DNA from: Candidatus Krumholzibacteriota bacterium
GTDB lineage: Bacteria; Krumholzibacteriota; Krumholzibacteriia; JAJRXK01
Assembly: GCA_963764625.1 (NCBI GenBank)
Contig: CAVXTH010000006.1
Coordinates: 384,001-448,000 of the forward strand
Reading direction: 5' to 3'
Length of the DNA stretch: 64,000 nucleotides
Shown here: piece after piece, positions 40,204 through 51,863 of the stretch
Position numbering within the stretch: the stretch's first letter is position 1
How the letters are laid out: each line of letters starts with the position of its first letter
Notes under the pieces: generated by a model
Seen by the model: the letters and a program-made list of their open reading frames with translations, nothing else
What the model was told of the DNA's origin: nothing
Databases searched by the model: none
Translations under genes and position numbers: made by a program

Positions 40204-42939
40204 ATGGACAAACAATTCGAGCCGAGGGGCCTCGAGCAGAAGTGGTACGACCGTTGGGAGGCAGCCGGGCTCTTCAAGCCGGAGAGCCACGGCAGTGGCC
40301 AACCCTACGTGATCACTCTTCCGCCGCCCAACGTGACCGGGGTTCTGCACATCGGACACTGCTTGGGAAACTCGGTCCAGGACTGTCTCATTCGTTTCTA
40401 CCGCATGAAAGGCAGGCCCGCGCTCTGGATTCCCGGCGCCGATCACGCTTCCATCGCCACCGAAAACAAGGTGGTGGAGGAGCTTGCCAAGGAAGGACTC
40501 TCGCGCGAAAAACTCGGCCGGGAGAAGTTTCTCGAACGAGCCTGGGACTGGTCGCGACGGCATCACGATCATATCGTCCTGCAACTCAAACGCTTCGGCG
40601 GAAGTCTCGATTGGGATCGCGAGGCATTCACTCTCGACGAGGCTCGCAACCGCGCGGTGACGGAAGCCTTCGTGAGACTGTATGAAAAGGGTCTCATCTA
40701 CCGTGGCGACTACATGGTGAACTGGTCGGTGGCGCAGCAGAGTGCCGTGAGCGATGAAGAGGTGGAGTACAGGGAGGTTGCGGGAAAGCTGTGGCACTTC
40801 CGCTACCCCCTAGAAGATGGCGGCTTTCTCACCATCGCGACCACGCGCCCCGAAACCATGCTCGGCGACAGCGCGGTGGCAATCCATCCCGACAATCCCA
40901 AGACGGCGCACCTGAAGGGAAAGACCGTCGTTCTTCCCCTGGTGGGGCGCCATATTCCCGTCATCGAAGACGACTATGTCGACCCGGAGTTCGGTTCGGG
41001 CTGCGTGAAGATCACTCCCAGCCACGATCCCAATGACTACGAAATCGGGAAGCGTCACGACTTGCCCTTCGTCAACATCCTCCGACCCGACGGCAAGCTG
41101 AGCGATACTGTTCCCGAGCGCTTCCGCGGTCTTGATCGATTCGAGGCGCGCAAACGCGTGGTGAGGGAACTGGAAGACCTGGGACTGGTGGAGAAAGTCC
41201 AGGACCACGTCCACAACGTGGGATACCACGATCGCACCGGGACCATCATCGAACCTTTCGTCTCCACCCAGTGGTTCCTCAAGATGGAGAGTCTGGCGAA
41301 ACCCGCGCTCGAAGCGGTGAGGTCCGGCGAGGTCACCCTGTTCCCGGAACGATGGGTGGGCGTCTATTACAACTGGATGACGAAGATTCGCGACTGGTGT
41401 ATTTCTCGCCAGCTCTGGTGGGGGCATCGCATCCCGGTGTGGTATTGCCCCGATCAACACGTGAACGTGGCGCGTGAAGCGCCCGCGAAGTGCTCGACCT
41501 GCGCTGCGACGGAGTTGCGCCAGGACGAAGACGTGCTGGATACCTGGTTCTCATCCTGGCTGTGGACCTTCTCACCTCTCGGCTGGCCCGATGAGACCCA
41601 GGACCTAAAGAAGTATCACCCGACTTCGACCCTGGTCACGGGCCACGAGATTATCTTCTTCTGGGTCGCGCGAATGATCATGGCCTCATACGAGTTTCTC
41701 GGCGAAAAGCCCTTCTCCGAAGTCGTGTTCACGGGAATCGTTCGCGACGATAAAGGCCGGAAGATGTCGAAGTCATTGGGGAACTCTCCCGATCCGATCG
41801 AGATCATCGAGAAATATGGGGCGGACGCGCTGCGGTTCGTTCTCTTGATGCTGGCCCCGACCGGACAGGACATCAACTTCGGCGAGGAAATGGTCGAGAC
41901 CGGCCAGCACTTCTGCAACAAGATCTGGAACGCGACGCGGCTACTGTTTTCCAATCTCGAAACGGCCGGCCTCGCGTTCCCGGCCGCCGATCCGAGCGCC
42001 ATGGCCAAAGATCTGGGTGCGGACTTACCCCGCGAGGATCCGGACGCGCTGTTCGCGACGCTCTATTTGAGAGTCTTCGGAGGCGCGCTGCCGTCGGTGG
42101 CCTTGGGTCCCCTGCAGCTGGAGGATCGCTGGATTCTGCAGGAGCTCTCCGACGCCGCTGCCAGGGTGGAGGCGGCGGTCGAGTCGCGGCGTCTCAACGA
42201 TGCCGCGCGTGGGGTCTACGAGGTGTTCTGGAAGGAATTCTGCGACTGGTATCTGGAGGTGATCAAGCCCCGCATGCAGGGAGACGATGTGGCGGACCGC
42301 AATACCGCCCTGCTCGTCGCACTCACCGTACACGGGATTCTGCTGCGGATCCTGCACCCATTCCTCCCCAACCTCAGCGAGGAGCTTTGGGAGCACCACC
42401 CCGCCAGCGCCGGCTTCTGCATGATTGCGCCGTTCCCCTCCTTCGGCTCCCCTTTGCCTTTCCAGACGGAAGCCGAACGCTTCCTACTCGTGAAGGAGCT
42501 GGTCGGCTCGGCACGAAATCTGCGCCATGAATTGAAGGTCGCGCCGGGCAAACGGGGCCGTCTGCTCTTGAGGGTGCCCAGTTCGCGGCTTTCCGAGGTG
42601 GGCGAACTCGCCTCTCACATCGCGGTTCTGGCAAAAATGGATGAAGTGGAAGTGGCGGGGCCGGGCGAGAAACCCGAGCGCAGCGTGGCCGCGGTGGTGG
42701 GCGAGGTGGAGATCTATCTGCCGATCGAGGGACTCATCGATCTCAAGAAAGAGGAATCACGTTTGCGAAAGGAAGCGGAACAAGCGCAGGGCAGACTGAA
42801 AGGCTTGCGAGCCAAGCTGGGGAATGAGAACTTCTTACGGAGAGCTCCGGGCGAGGTCATCGAGCGACAGCGCGCGCTGGCCGCCGAGGTCGAGGAGACC
42901 CTGCGGAAGCTAGAACAACAGCTGGCGGATCTGGAGTGA
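40204..42939 (+). CDS. valS: Valine--tRNA ligase
   Basis: PPPNVTG.LHIGH, ATTRPET, DWCISRQLWWGHRIP, KMSKS, C-terminal coiled coil. Confidence 0.97.
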   Translation: MDKQFEPRGLEQKWYDRWEAAGLFKPESHGSGQPYVITLPPPNVTGVLHIGHCLGNSVQDCLIRFYRMKGRPALWIPGADHASIATENKVVEELAKEGLSREKLGREKFLERAWDWSRRHHDHIVLQLKRFGGSLDWDREAFTLDEARNRAVTEAFVRLYEKGLIYRGDYMVNWSVAQQSAVSDEEVEYREVAGKLWHFRYPLEDGGFLTIATTRPETMLGDSAVAIHPDNPKTAHLKGKTVVLPLVGRHIPVIEDDYVDPEFGSGCVKITPSHDPNDYEIGKRHDLPFVNILRPDGKLSDTVPERFRGLDRFEARKRVVRELEDLGLVEKVQDHVHNVGYHDRTGTIIEPFVSTQWFLKMESLAKPALEAVRSGEVTLFPERWVGVYYNWMTKIRDWCISRQLWWGHRIPVWYCPDQHVNVAREAPAKCSTCAATELRQDEDVLDTWFSSWLWTFSPLGWPDETQDLKKYHPTSTLVTGHEIIFFWVARMIMASYEFLGEKPFSEVVFTGIVRDDKGRKMSKSLGNSPDPIEIIEKYGADALRFVLLMLAPTGQDINFGEEMVETGQHFCNKIWNATRLLFSNLETAGLAFPAADPSAMAKDLGADLPREDPDALFATLYLRVFGGALPSVALGPLQLEDRWILQELSDAAARVEAAVESRRLNDAARGVYEVFWKEFCDWYLEVIKPRMQGDDVADRNTALLVALTVHGILLRILHPFLPNLSEELWEHHPASAGFCMIAPFPSFGSPLPFQTEAERFLLVKELVGSARNLRHELKVAPGKRGRLLLRVPSSRLSEVGELASHIAVLAKMDEVEVAGPGEKPERSVAAVVGEVEIYLPIEGLIDLKKEESRLRKEAEQAQGRLKGLRAKLGNENFLRRAPGEVIERQRALAAEVEETLRKLEQQLADLE

Positions 42940-44243
42940 TCGTGGACACGAAGAAAGAGAAGGAGTATCGCAGCCTGGGCGAGATCCTCCGCGATTGCCG
43001 CGAGCAACGCGGTCTTTCGGTGGAGGACGTTTCGGAATCCACCAAGATCTCCCCCCGTGTTCTGAGCTCTCTGGAAGCGGACGGAGTGGGAGAGCTGGCT
43101 GGTCCCCTCTACGTTCGTAGCTTCGTCAAGACTCTGGCCGCATTCTACGATCAAGATGAGGCGTGGCTTCTCACGCGCCTGGAGACTCTCGATCAAGAGG
43201 CCACCCGCCCGGTCGCGCCGGTGAGCCTCCCCAAGAGCGACTCCCACATTCCGCTCCCCACTCCCAAGACCGTCCTCCCGAAACCGCCGCGTGAGGTAAC
43301 CACCTGGAGAGTGGAAACCGTCGACGACACCACGGTGAAACGGATCGAGGGCCGCGGCACCCTGCCGAACTCGCGCGCGTGGTGGATCCTGCTGGCGATC
43401 GTGGTGCTTCTCCTCGTATTCTGGCTCGTTCGGCGTGGCGGCTCGGAAGCGCAACCCCTGAGCACGAGCAACGCTCCGGGTGCACATGCCGACGAGATGA
43501 TCACGCGCGGAAGCGGTGCCTCGGACGATGGATTCGTTGCCGGCACGCAGTCGGCGCAGGCTTCGCAACCGACCGCCAATGCTCTCGCCGCGCAGAAGGA
43601 CTCGACCGAGGAGGATCGCGCGTCGGTGGTCGTGCCGGCGAGAGAGTCCAAGCTGGCCAACGCGGTTCCCGAACCCGGCAAGCCGAGCGTGAATCTGGAT
43701 CGCGCGATTTTGGCCGGGGGCGACGCGGGTTCCGCACCGGCCCGCCAGAATCCCTCTCCGGCCGTGAATACGCCCAAGCCCAAGCCAGCGGCGGACGATT
43801 CGTCCGAGACCCAACCCCCACCGAAGCAACCACCCAAGAGCGAAGCGGCGGACGACAACCTCCAAGAGACCGAACCCACCGAATCGAGTCCCGCACCCAT
43901 CCAGACAACCCAGGAACGACCGGCACCCCAGGAGACCAAGAGCGTGCAGAGACTGGGGAGCATCGTGCGTCCCGGTTTGAAGCCTCCCGTCGCGGGCGAA
44001 CTCGCGTTGGACCTGAGGGCCACGCGAGCGACCGAGGTGCGTGTTTCGGTGGACGGCGGCAGCCGACAGCGCCGCACTCTCGCCGCGGGTGAGGTCTGGC
44101 ACCTCACCGGGCGCGATCACTTCTCTCTCTTCTTCGCGGATCCCACCGCGATGGAGGTTCGGCTCAACGACACCGTCGTGACTCCGCCCGCGGGTCTCGA
44201 TGGAGGCGAGTGGCTGCTCTATCCTCACGCCGACAGCCAGTAG
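42936..44243 (+). CDS. rodZ: RodZ-like protein (HTH, TM, Pro/Ser-rich linker, DUF4115)
   Basis: [16 protein letters not shown]...TKI...LE...[11 protein letters not shown], single TM helix, C-terminal beta domain. Confidence 0.75.
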   Translation: MIVDTKKEKEYRSLGEILRDCREQRGLSVEDVSESTKISPRVLSSLEADGVGELAGPLYVRSFVKTLAAFYDQDEAWLLTRLETLDQEATRPVAPVSLPKSDSHIPLPTPKTVLPKPPREVTTWRVETVDDTTVKRIEGRGTLPNSRAWWILLAIVVLLLVFWLVRRGGSEAQPLSTSNAPGAHADEMITRGSGASDDGFVAGTQSAQASQPTANALAAQKDSTEEDRASVVVPARESKLANAVPEPGKPSVNLDRAILAGGDAGSAPARQNPSPAVNTPKPKPAADDSSETQPPPKQPPKSEAADDNLQETEPTESSPAPIQTTQERPAPQETKSVQRLGSIVRPGLKPPVAGELALDLRATRATEVRVSVDGGSRQRRTLAAGEVWHLTGRDHFSLFFADPTAMEVRLNDTVVTPPAGLDGGEWLLYPHADSQ

Positions 44244-44254
44244 CCGGGAGCGCC

Positions 44255-46342
44255 ATGGGCCGAGAGTTCAAACTCCATCAGCCGTTTCAGCTCACGGGGG
44301 ATCAGCCGCGTGCGGTCAAGGAGCTCGTGGAGGCCTATCGCGCCGGTCAGACCGAGCAGGTGCTCTTGGGGGTGACGGGCAGCGGCAAGACCTACACCAT
44401 GGCCAACGTGATTCAGGAACTCCAGATTCCCACTCTGGTGCTGAGTCACAACAAGACACTCGCGGCGCAGCTCTTCGGAGAGCTGCGCGGATTCTTTCCC
44501 GAGAACGCGGTCGAGTTCTTCATCTCGTATTACGACTACTATCAGCCCGAGGCGTTCATTCCTTCCTCCAACACCTACATCGAGAAAGACGCCAGCATCA
44601 ACGACGAGATCGACCGGCTTCGCCTGCGGGCGACATCCTCGCTCCTGGCGCGGAAGGATGTCATCGTGGTGGCCAGCGTTTCATGCATTTTCGGACTGGG
44701 CAATCCGGAGAATTTCAGGCGCCAGGTCATCGCTCTAGAGGTGGGGGCTCACTTCGATCGCGAAAAGCTCTTGGCCGACCTCGTCTCCATTCAGTACAGG
44801 CGCAACGACGTCGCGTTCACGCGCGGGACCTTCCGGGTTCGCGGAGACGTGGTTGAGATCAGACCGGCTTACGAAGAGGAGATCGTTCGAGTCGAGCTCT
44901 TCGGCGACGAAATCGATCGCATTGCGGTCGTCGATCCCATCACGGGAGAGGTGCGTTCCCGCGTGAAGTCGTACACCATCTATCCCGCCAGCCTGTTCGT
45001 GACCGAGCGTGAGCAACTCGAGGGAATCGTGGATGGGATCGGCAAGGAGTTAGAGGAGCGGTTGGCGGAATTCGACGGCATGGGACGAGTGCTGGAGGCG
45101 CAGCGGCTCGCCTCGCGGACACGCTACGACATGGAGATGTTGTTGGAGATGGGCTATTGTTCGGGAGTCGAAAACTACTCCCGGTACTTCGACGGTCGAC
45201 GCCCCGGCCAGCGTCCAGCCTGTCTGCTCGACTACTTTCCCGACGAATGGCTTCTGATCATGGACGAGAGCCATGTCAGCGTGAGTCAAGTAGGCGCCAT
45301 GTACAACGGGGACCGGTCGCGCAAGGAAACCCTGGTGGAGCACGGTTTTCGCTTGCCGAGCGCATTGGATAACCGCCCGCTCACCTTCGAGGAGTTCAAC
45401 CAGATGAAGCCGGCGACGATCTACGTCAGCGCGACTCCCGGGGACTACGAGTTGAAGCGCTGCGGTGGTGTCGTGGTGGAGCAGATCATCCGGCCCACTG
45501 GCCTCATGGATCCCAGCGTCGCGCTTCGGCCAGTGGACGGTCAGGTCGATGATCTGATGAAGGAGATTCAGCGAACGGTGGCCCAGTCCTACCGCATTCT
45601 GGTCACGACTCTCACCAAACGTATGGCGGAAGATCTCACGGATTACCTCTCGACTCACGGGATCCGTGTCCAGTATCTCCACAGCGACATCGCTGCCCTC
45701 GATCGAGTCGAAATTCTGCGTGGACTCCGCTTGGGAGAGTTCGACGTGTTGGTCGGGATCAATTTGCTCCGCGAAGGTCTCGATCTGCCCGAGGTTGGCC
45801 TGGTGGCTGTTTTGGACGCGGACAAGGAGGGATTCCTTCGCAGCGAGCGAAGCCTCATTCAGACCGCGGGCCGCGCTGCGCGCAACGTGGATGGCCGCGT
45901 GATTCTGTACGCGGATTCCATGACCGGATCCATGCAACGTGCGATCGCAGAGACCAATCGGCGCCGCGACATTCAGCGGGCCTACAACGAAAAGCATGGT
46001 ATCATCCCGCGGAGCATTCAGAAATCGATGGAGGACATCCTGCTCAGCACGAGTGTGGCCGACGGCGTCCGCGAGGGTCCCAAGGAAGAGGACGCGCGGG
46101 GTCAACGCGGCGTGCTCGAACAACTCGGCGAGTTGAGTCCCTCCGAACTGCTCGAGCAACTCACGGCCGAGATGTACAAGGCGGCCAAGGAGCTCGATTT
46201 CGAAACCGCGGCAATCTTGCGCGATCGCATCGACGAACTCCGCCTGGAGCAGGAGTTGGCCGGACCCAAGAGCGTCCAGAAAGAACGCCGCCGGGCGAGC
46301 CGTGCCAAGAACCGAGGCAATTCCTCGAGGAGGTCGAAGTGA
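44255..46342 (+). CDS. uvrB: Excinuclease ABC subunit B
   Basis: [37 protein letters not shown]-terminal UVR domain. Confidence 0.97.
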   Translation: MGREFKLHQPFQLTGDQPRAVKELVEAYRAGQTEQVLLGVTGSGKTYTMANVIQELQIPTLVLSHNKTLAAQLFGELRGFFPENAVEFFISYYDYYQPEAFIPSSNTYIEKDASINDEIDRLRLRATSSLLARKDVIVVASVSCIFGLGNPENFRRQVIALEVGAHFDREKLLADLVSIQYRRNDVAFTRGTFRVRGDVVEIRPAYEEEIVRVELFGDEIDRIAVVDPITGEVRSRVKSYTIYPASLFVTEREQLEGIVDGIGKELEERLAEFDGMGRVLEAQRLASRTRYDMEMLLEMGYCSGVENYSRYFDGRRPGQRPACLLDYFPDEWLLIMDESHVSVSQVGAMYNGDRSRKETLVEHGFRLPSALDNRPLTFEEFNQMKPATIYVSATPGDYELKRCGGVVVEQIIRPTGLMDPSVALRPVDGQVDDLMKEIQRTVAQSYRILVTTLTKRMAEDLTDYLSTHGIRVQYLHSDIAALDRVEILRGLRLGEFDVLVGINLLREGLDLPEVGLVAVLDADKEGFLRSERSLIQTAGRAARNVDGRVILYADSMTGSMQRAIAETNRRRDIQRAYNEKHGIIPRSIQKSMEDILLSTSVADGVREGPKEEDARGQRGVLEQLGELSPSELLEQLTAEMYKAAKELDFETAAILRDRIDELRLEQELAGPKSVQKERRRASRAKNRGNSSRRSK

Positions 46343-47202
46343 ACGCCACTCCAGCGGAATTCGGACCCTTGGAACTCGCGAGTGCGCGCCGCCTCATCGA
46401 GCAAGCTCTCATGGAAGACGGAGCGCGGAACGACATCACGACTTCGCTCTGTGTAAGAGAGGGGACGAGAGCCAAGGCGGTGATCCGTTCGCGTCAGGCC
46501 GGGGTGCTGGCCGGCCTTCCCTGTGTCGCACTCACCCTGTCCGCTCTGAGCCAGGACTTCGAACTGGTGGAGGACTGTGAAGATGGTCAGCGGCTGCAGG
46601 GGGGGGACGTGGTCGCGAGTCTGGAGGGTCCGCTCTCCCTTCTGCTCACGGCGGAGCGCACCTTCCTCAACCTCCTGTGCGGGCTCAGCGGCATCGCGAC
46701 CCTCACGCACACCTACGTGGAACGTGCCGGGCCTCATTGCCGTATCCTCGACACCCGCAAGACCTGGCCCGGGCTTCGCGTGCTGCAGAAGTACGCAGTG
46801 CGCTGCGGCGGGGGGAGCAACCATCGTATGGGGCTTTCAGACGCAGTCATGGTGAAGGACAACCACCGCGCCGGCGGTCGTATGCTGCAAGAGGTAGTGA
46901 ACTTGGCACGGTCGCAAACCCCCGAACTTCCCATCATCGTGGAAGCCGACGATCTTCCCTCGGTTTCTCAGGCGCTGGCTTTGGGCGTGGACCGCGTCCT
47001 CCTGGACAACTTCGACGCGGCAGGGGTACGCGAGGCATGCCGGTTGCGCAAGGAGCTGGCCGTCGAGATTCCCTTCGAGGTGTCCGGCGGGGTCCATCTG
47101 GATTCGGTGGCCGAGCTGGCGCGTGCCGGCGCGGACATGGTCTCGGTAGGAGCATTGACCCACTCGGCGCCCGCCCTGGATCTGGGCCTCGATCTGAGTT
47201 AG
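46339..47202 (+). CDS. nadC: Nicotinate-nucleotide pyrophosphorylase (carboxylating)
   Basis: AERTFLN, SGIAT, DTRKT.PGLR, NHRMGL, KDNH, LLDNF, GALTHSA. Confidence 0.95.
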   Translation: MNATPAEFGPLELASARRLIEQALMEDGARNDITTSLCVREGTRAKAVIRSRQAGVLAGLPCVALTLSALSQDFELVEDCEDGQRLQGGDVVASLEGPLSLLLTAERTFLNLLCGLSGIATLTHTYVERAGPHCRILDTRKTWPGLRVLQKYAVRCGGGSNHRMGLSDAVMVKDNHRAGGRMLQEVVNLARSQTPELPIIVEADDLPSVSQALALGVDRVLLDNFDAAGVREACRLRKELAVEIPFEVSGGVHLDSVAELARAGADMVSVGALTHSAPALDLGLDLS

Positions 47203-47204
47203 AC

Positions 47205-47993
47205 GTGGACACCGCACTCGAACTGCCCGGTCTCACCGCCGTCCGCTTCGGCCGCAGCGGGAAGTTCTTTCCCGTGGTCGATTCCACGAACCAACGATTG
47301 CTGGAATGGGCGTCGGAGGGTGCGCCGCACGGAGCGAGCATTCTCGCTCTGGCCCAGACGGAGGGAAGAGGTCGCCAGGGACGTAGCTGGGAAAGCGAAG
47401 CGGGCTGCGGACTCTACGCTTCTCTGCTCCTTCGTCCCGAGAGCACTCTGGTGGGTACCGCCGCATTCTCCCTGGTGACCGCGCTCACGGTGGCGGAAAC
47501 GCTGCGCGCGACTGCGGCGATTGAGTGCACCCTGAAATGGCCCAACGACGTCTGCCTGCAGGGGAAGAAACTCGCCGGGATTCTGCTCGAGGCTCGCGGG
47601 GGCAGCCAGCCGGTGGTCGTGGTCGGCCTGGGACTCAACCTGAAGCCTCCAGCGGGGGGATGGCCTCCCACCCTGCGCGCGCGCGCCATCGCTCTGTCCG
47701 AAACGACGGTCCGGATGCCCTCCGAGCGGGGACTCTGGGCCCAGGTGCTGAATCGGCTCGAGCAAAAGTGGGAATTGTTTCGCGCGAAAGGATTCTCCGC
47801 CTTTCAAGAGGAATGGGACGCGCGCGATCGTCTGCGAGGGGAAGACGTTCGGGTGCAGAGCGGACAGCACCGCTTCACGTGCCGGGTGGAAGGAGTGGAC
47901 TCCGAGGGCCGTCTCCGCGCGAGAGTCGAGGACGGTTCGGTGTTGCGTCTGGAAGCGGGAGAAGTTCATCTGGAAAACGGAGGCGAGGAATGA
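47205..47993 (+). CDS. birA: Biotin--[acetyl-CoA-carboxylase] ligase without an N-terminal HTH
   Basis: DSTN, QTEGRGRQGRSW, KWPND, KKLAGIL motifs. Confidence 0.9.
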   Translation: MDTALELPGLTAVRFGRSGKFFPVVDSTNQRLLEWASEGAPHGASILALAQTEGRGRQGRSWESEAGCGLYASLLLRPESTLVGTAAFSLVTALTVAETLRATAAIECTLKWPNDVCLQGKKLAGILLEARGGSQPVVVVGLGLNLKPPAGGWPPTLRARAIALSETTVRMPSERGLWAQVLNRLEQKWELFRAKGFSAFQEEWDARDRLRGEDVRVQSGQHRFTCRVEGVDSEGRLRARVEDGSVLRLEAGEVHLENGGEE

Positions 47994-48766
47994 GGGTTCT
48001 GAGCCTGGACATCGGCAACAGCAAGGGTGCGGTGGCGCTGGTCGAGAACGGTCGGGTGACGGCAAGCCTGCGCCGGGAGCACCGTCGGGATGCACCGGAG
48101 GACTCGCTGCGCGCACTCCACCGTTGGTGCGGCGAGCGCGTGGGGGAGAGTGCGGTCGAGGGAATCGTGGTGGCGAGTGTGGTGCCCGAGCTGCTCGTGA
48201 GCTGGCTTTCCCTCTGGCAACAGAGCGAAGCGACTTGCGCGTTCACGCCGCAAGTCGTGACGGCGGAAACTCCCTTTCCCTTCGCGGTGGACATCGAAGA
48301 TCCCACGGGAGTAGGAGCGGATCGCTGGTGCAATCTGGCCGCGGCGGCGGCGCGCGGATACGAGAGCGCGCTCGTCGTCGATCTGGGAACCGCCAACACT
48401 TACGATCTATTGCTCGCAGGTCACTTCCGGGGCGGACTCATCGCGCCGGGACTGGTCACCTCTCTTCGTGCGCTGTCACGCGAGAGTTCTCTTCTGCCCG
48501 AGGTCGAGTTCACGCGCCCTTCGCACCTGCTCGGGGGCGCGACGGTGGCGGCGATCGAGGCCGGCGCCTGGTACCAGGGGGTCTTGGGGGTGCGAGCTGT
48601 GATCGAGCGCCTTCTCTTCGAGCACCCCCAGACTCCCGTCCTGATGAGTGGGGGGCTGTGCCACAGGGTGGCCACCGAGCTCCCCGCGGACGCGCTTCTG
48701 GCACCGGACCTGACCCTCGAAGGCGCCGCCGCGCTCCTGCGCGTGCCCGGGACGCGGCGATCCTAG
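47990..48766 (+). CDS. coaX: Type III pantothenate kinase
   Basis: DIGNS, SVVP, GADRW, VDLGTA, GGLIAPG; typical position after birA. Confidence 0.92.
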   Translation: MRVLSLDIGNSKGAVALVENGRVTASLRREHRRDAPEDSLRALHRWCGERVGESAVEGIVVASVVPELLVSWLSLWQQSEATCAFTPQVVTAETPFPFAVDIEDPTGVGADRWCNLAAAAARGYESALVVDLGTANTYDLLLAGHFRGGLIAPGLVTSLRALSRESSLLPEVEFTRPSHLLGGATVAAIEAGAWYQGVLGVRAVIERLLFEHPQTPVLMSGGLCHRVATELPADALLAPDLTLEGAAALLRVPGTRRS

Positions 48767-48802
48767 CTCGAGCTCCCGGCCCGACTCCATCCGCGCGCTT
48801 TT

Positions 48803-48887
48803 TTAGCAGTCTTCCTCCGCGCTTGCCAAATCCCAGCAGCGTGACTATGCTTGAGGCCGATTAGCAGATGACATGATCGTCTGCTGA
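48803..48887 (+). promoter_or_regulatory. Two degenerate CIRCE (HrcA) operators flanking a sigma70 promoter of groESL
   Basis: TTAGCAGTC-N9-GCTTGCCAA (48803-48829) and TTAGCAGAT-N9-GTCTGCTGA (48861-48887); TTGCCA-17-TATGCT at 48823-48851. Confidence 0.75.
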
Positions 48888-48992
48888 AAACGGTTCTCAG
48901 GGAGAAAACCCACGGTTTCGCTCCCTAGTGGCCATTTTAAGGCCAGATCCATGAACGATCCGCCCCCTGTGGGCGGCTGCAGGAGGAGATCC

Positions 48993-49271
48993 ATGAGCAT
49001 CAAACCGCTTGGAGACCGCGTGTTGGTCCAGGCTCTGTCCAGCGAGAAGAGCAAAGGCGGGATCATCATTCCGGATACGGCCAAGGAGAAGCCCCAAGAG
49101 GGGAAGATCATCGCCGTCGGTCCCGGCCGCGTCGAGAACGGCGAGCGCGTGAAGCCCGAGGTGAAGAAGGGCGATCTCGTGCTGTTCGGAAAGTACGCCG
49201 GCACCGAGATCACGGTCGACGCCAAGGAATATCTGATCATCAAGGAGTCCGACATCCTCGCGGTTCTCTAA
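48993..49271 (+). CDS. groES: Co-chaperonin GroES
   Basis: [33 protein letters not shown]; RBS AGGAGG. Confidence 0.97.
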   Translation: MSIKPLGDRVLVQALSSEKSKGGIIIPDTAKEKPQEGKIIAVGPGRVENGERVKPEVKKGDLVLFGKYAGTEITVDAKEYLIIKESDILAVL

Positions 49272-49323
49272 GCCGTGACCGGAATCCCGTACTTAGTTTT
49301 CTTAGCAAGGAGAGTCCACGATC

Positions 49324-50973
<1,650 letters not shown>

Positions 50974-50997
50974 AATCACGCCTCGTTCGGTTGATTC

Positions 50998-51033
50998 AAA
51001 GGGGCCGCGCCATGAGGTGCGGCCCCTTTTTTT
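50998..51033 (+). terminator. Intrinsic terminator of groESL
   Basis: AAAGGGGCCGCGC-loop-GTGCGGCCCCTTTTTTT. Confidence 0.9.
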
Positions 51034-51053
51034 GACCCGAGTCGAGCGTGGGT

Positions 51054-51084
51054 TGCACATTTTGCTCCCAGATCTCGCTTCTCT
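51054..51084 (+). promoter_or_regulatory. Candidate ECF sigma promoter, copy 1
   Basis: TGCACA-N12-ATCTCGCTTCTCT; same boxes and spacing as the copy at 54742. Confidence 0.6.
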
Positions 51085-51267
51085 CCTTAGACGGCCCAGA
51101 ATCAAGGGTCTTCTGGCATTGGGGCGGGCTCGTGCGTCGGGTTGGGAGCCAACGACGTGCGTCCCGCCCCTTGCCTCGTCCCGCCCATTCTGGCCAGAAA
51201 TCGACGCGATATGATAGAATTCCGGCGAGCGCCCAAAAAGTTCCCCATTGGAATCTGGTCCCAAAAA

Positions 51268-51863
51268 GTGTCGTCCCCTACCGACTCACAGAATCACGGG
51301 CATCCTCCTGGCGATGCGCGATGATCCCGCACGCTGCGAGGAGCTTGCCGAAAACCTGTACAGCACACCTACCCTCATCTTGCACGAACTGGCACGGCGG
51401 CTGATGGTGGCCGAACGGAGCGATCACACTCTGCAACCCACGGCTCTCGTCAACGAAGCGTACCTTCGGCTGGTCGACAGCGAAAGCGTCGACTGGGAGG
51501 GGCGCAGTCACTTCTTCTGCATCGCAGCTCGCATCATGCGGCGGATCCTCATCGATCACGCGCGGGCGAAGGCGCGCGCCAAGCGGGGAGGGGAATGGCG
51601 GCGCGTTACCCTGGGGGATCATCTCCACCGGCGCGATTTTGACGCTCTGGAGCTGCTCGTTCTCGAGGATACCCTCCAGCAACTCGAGAGCCAGACACCC
51701 ACGGATGGCGAAGGTGGTCGAGTTGCGCGTGTTTGGCGGAATGACCATGAAGGAGATCGCCCAGGCGCTCGGTGTTTCCAAACGCACGGCGGACGAGGAT
51801 TGGAGCTTCGCCCGGCGTTGGCTGGCTCGTGAACTTTCCAGCGAGGAGAGGGGAGACCGGTGA
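51268..51863 (+). CDS. ECF sigma factor of the kinase-associated (TIGR02999-like) type, frameshifted near 51690; start uncertain
   Basis: HTLQPTALVNEAYLRL, HFFCIAARIMRRILIDHAR..KRGG, then in another frame VVELRVFGGMT..EIA..LGVS.RT...DW.FAR.WL. Confidence 0.85.
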
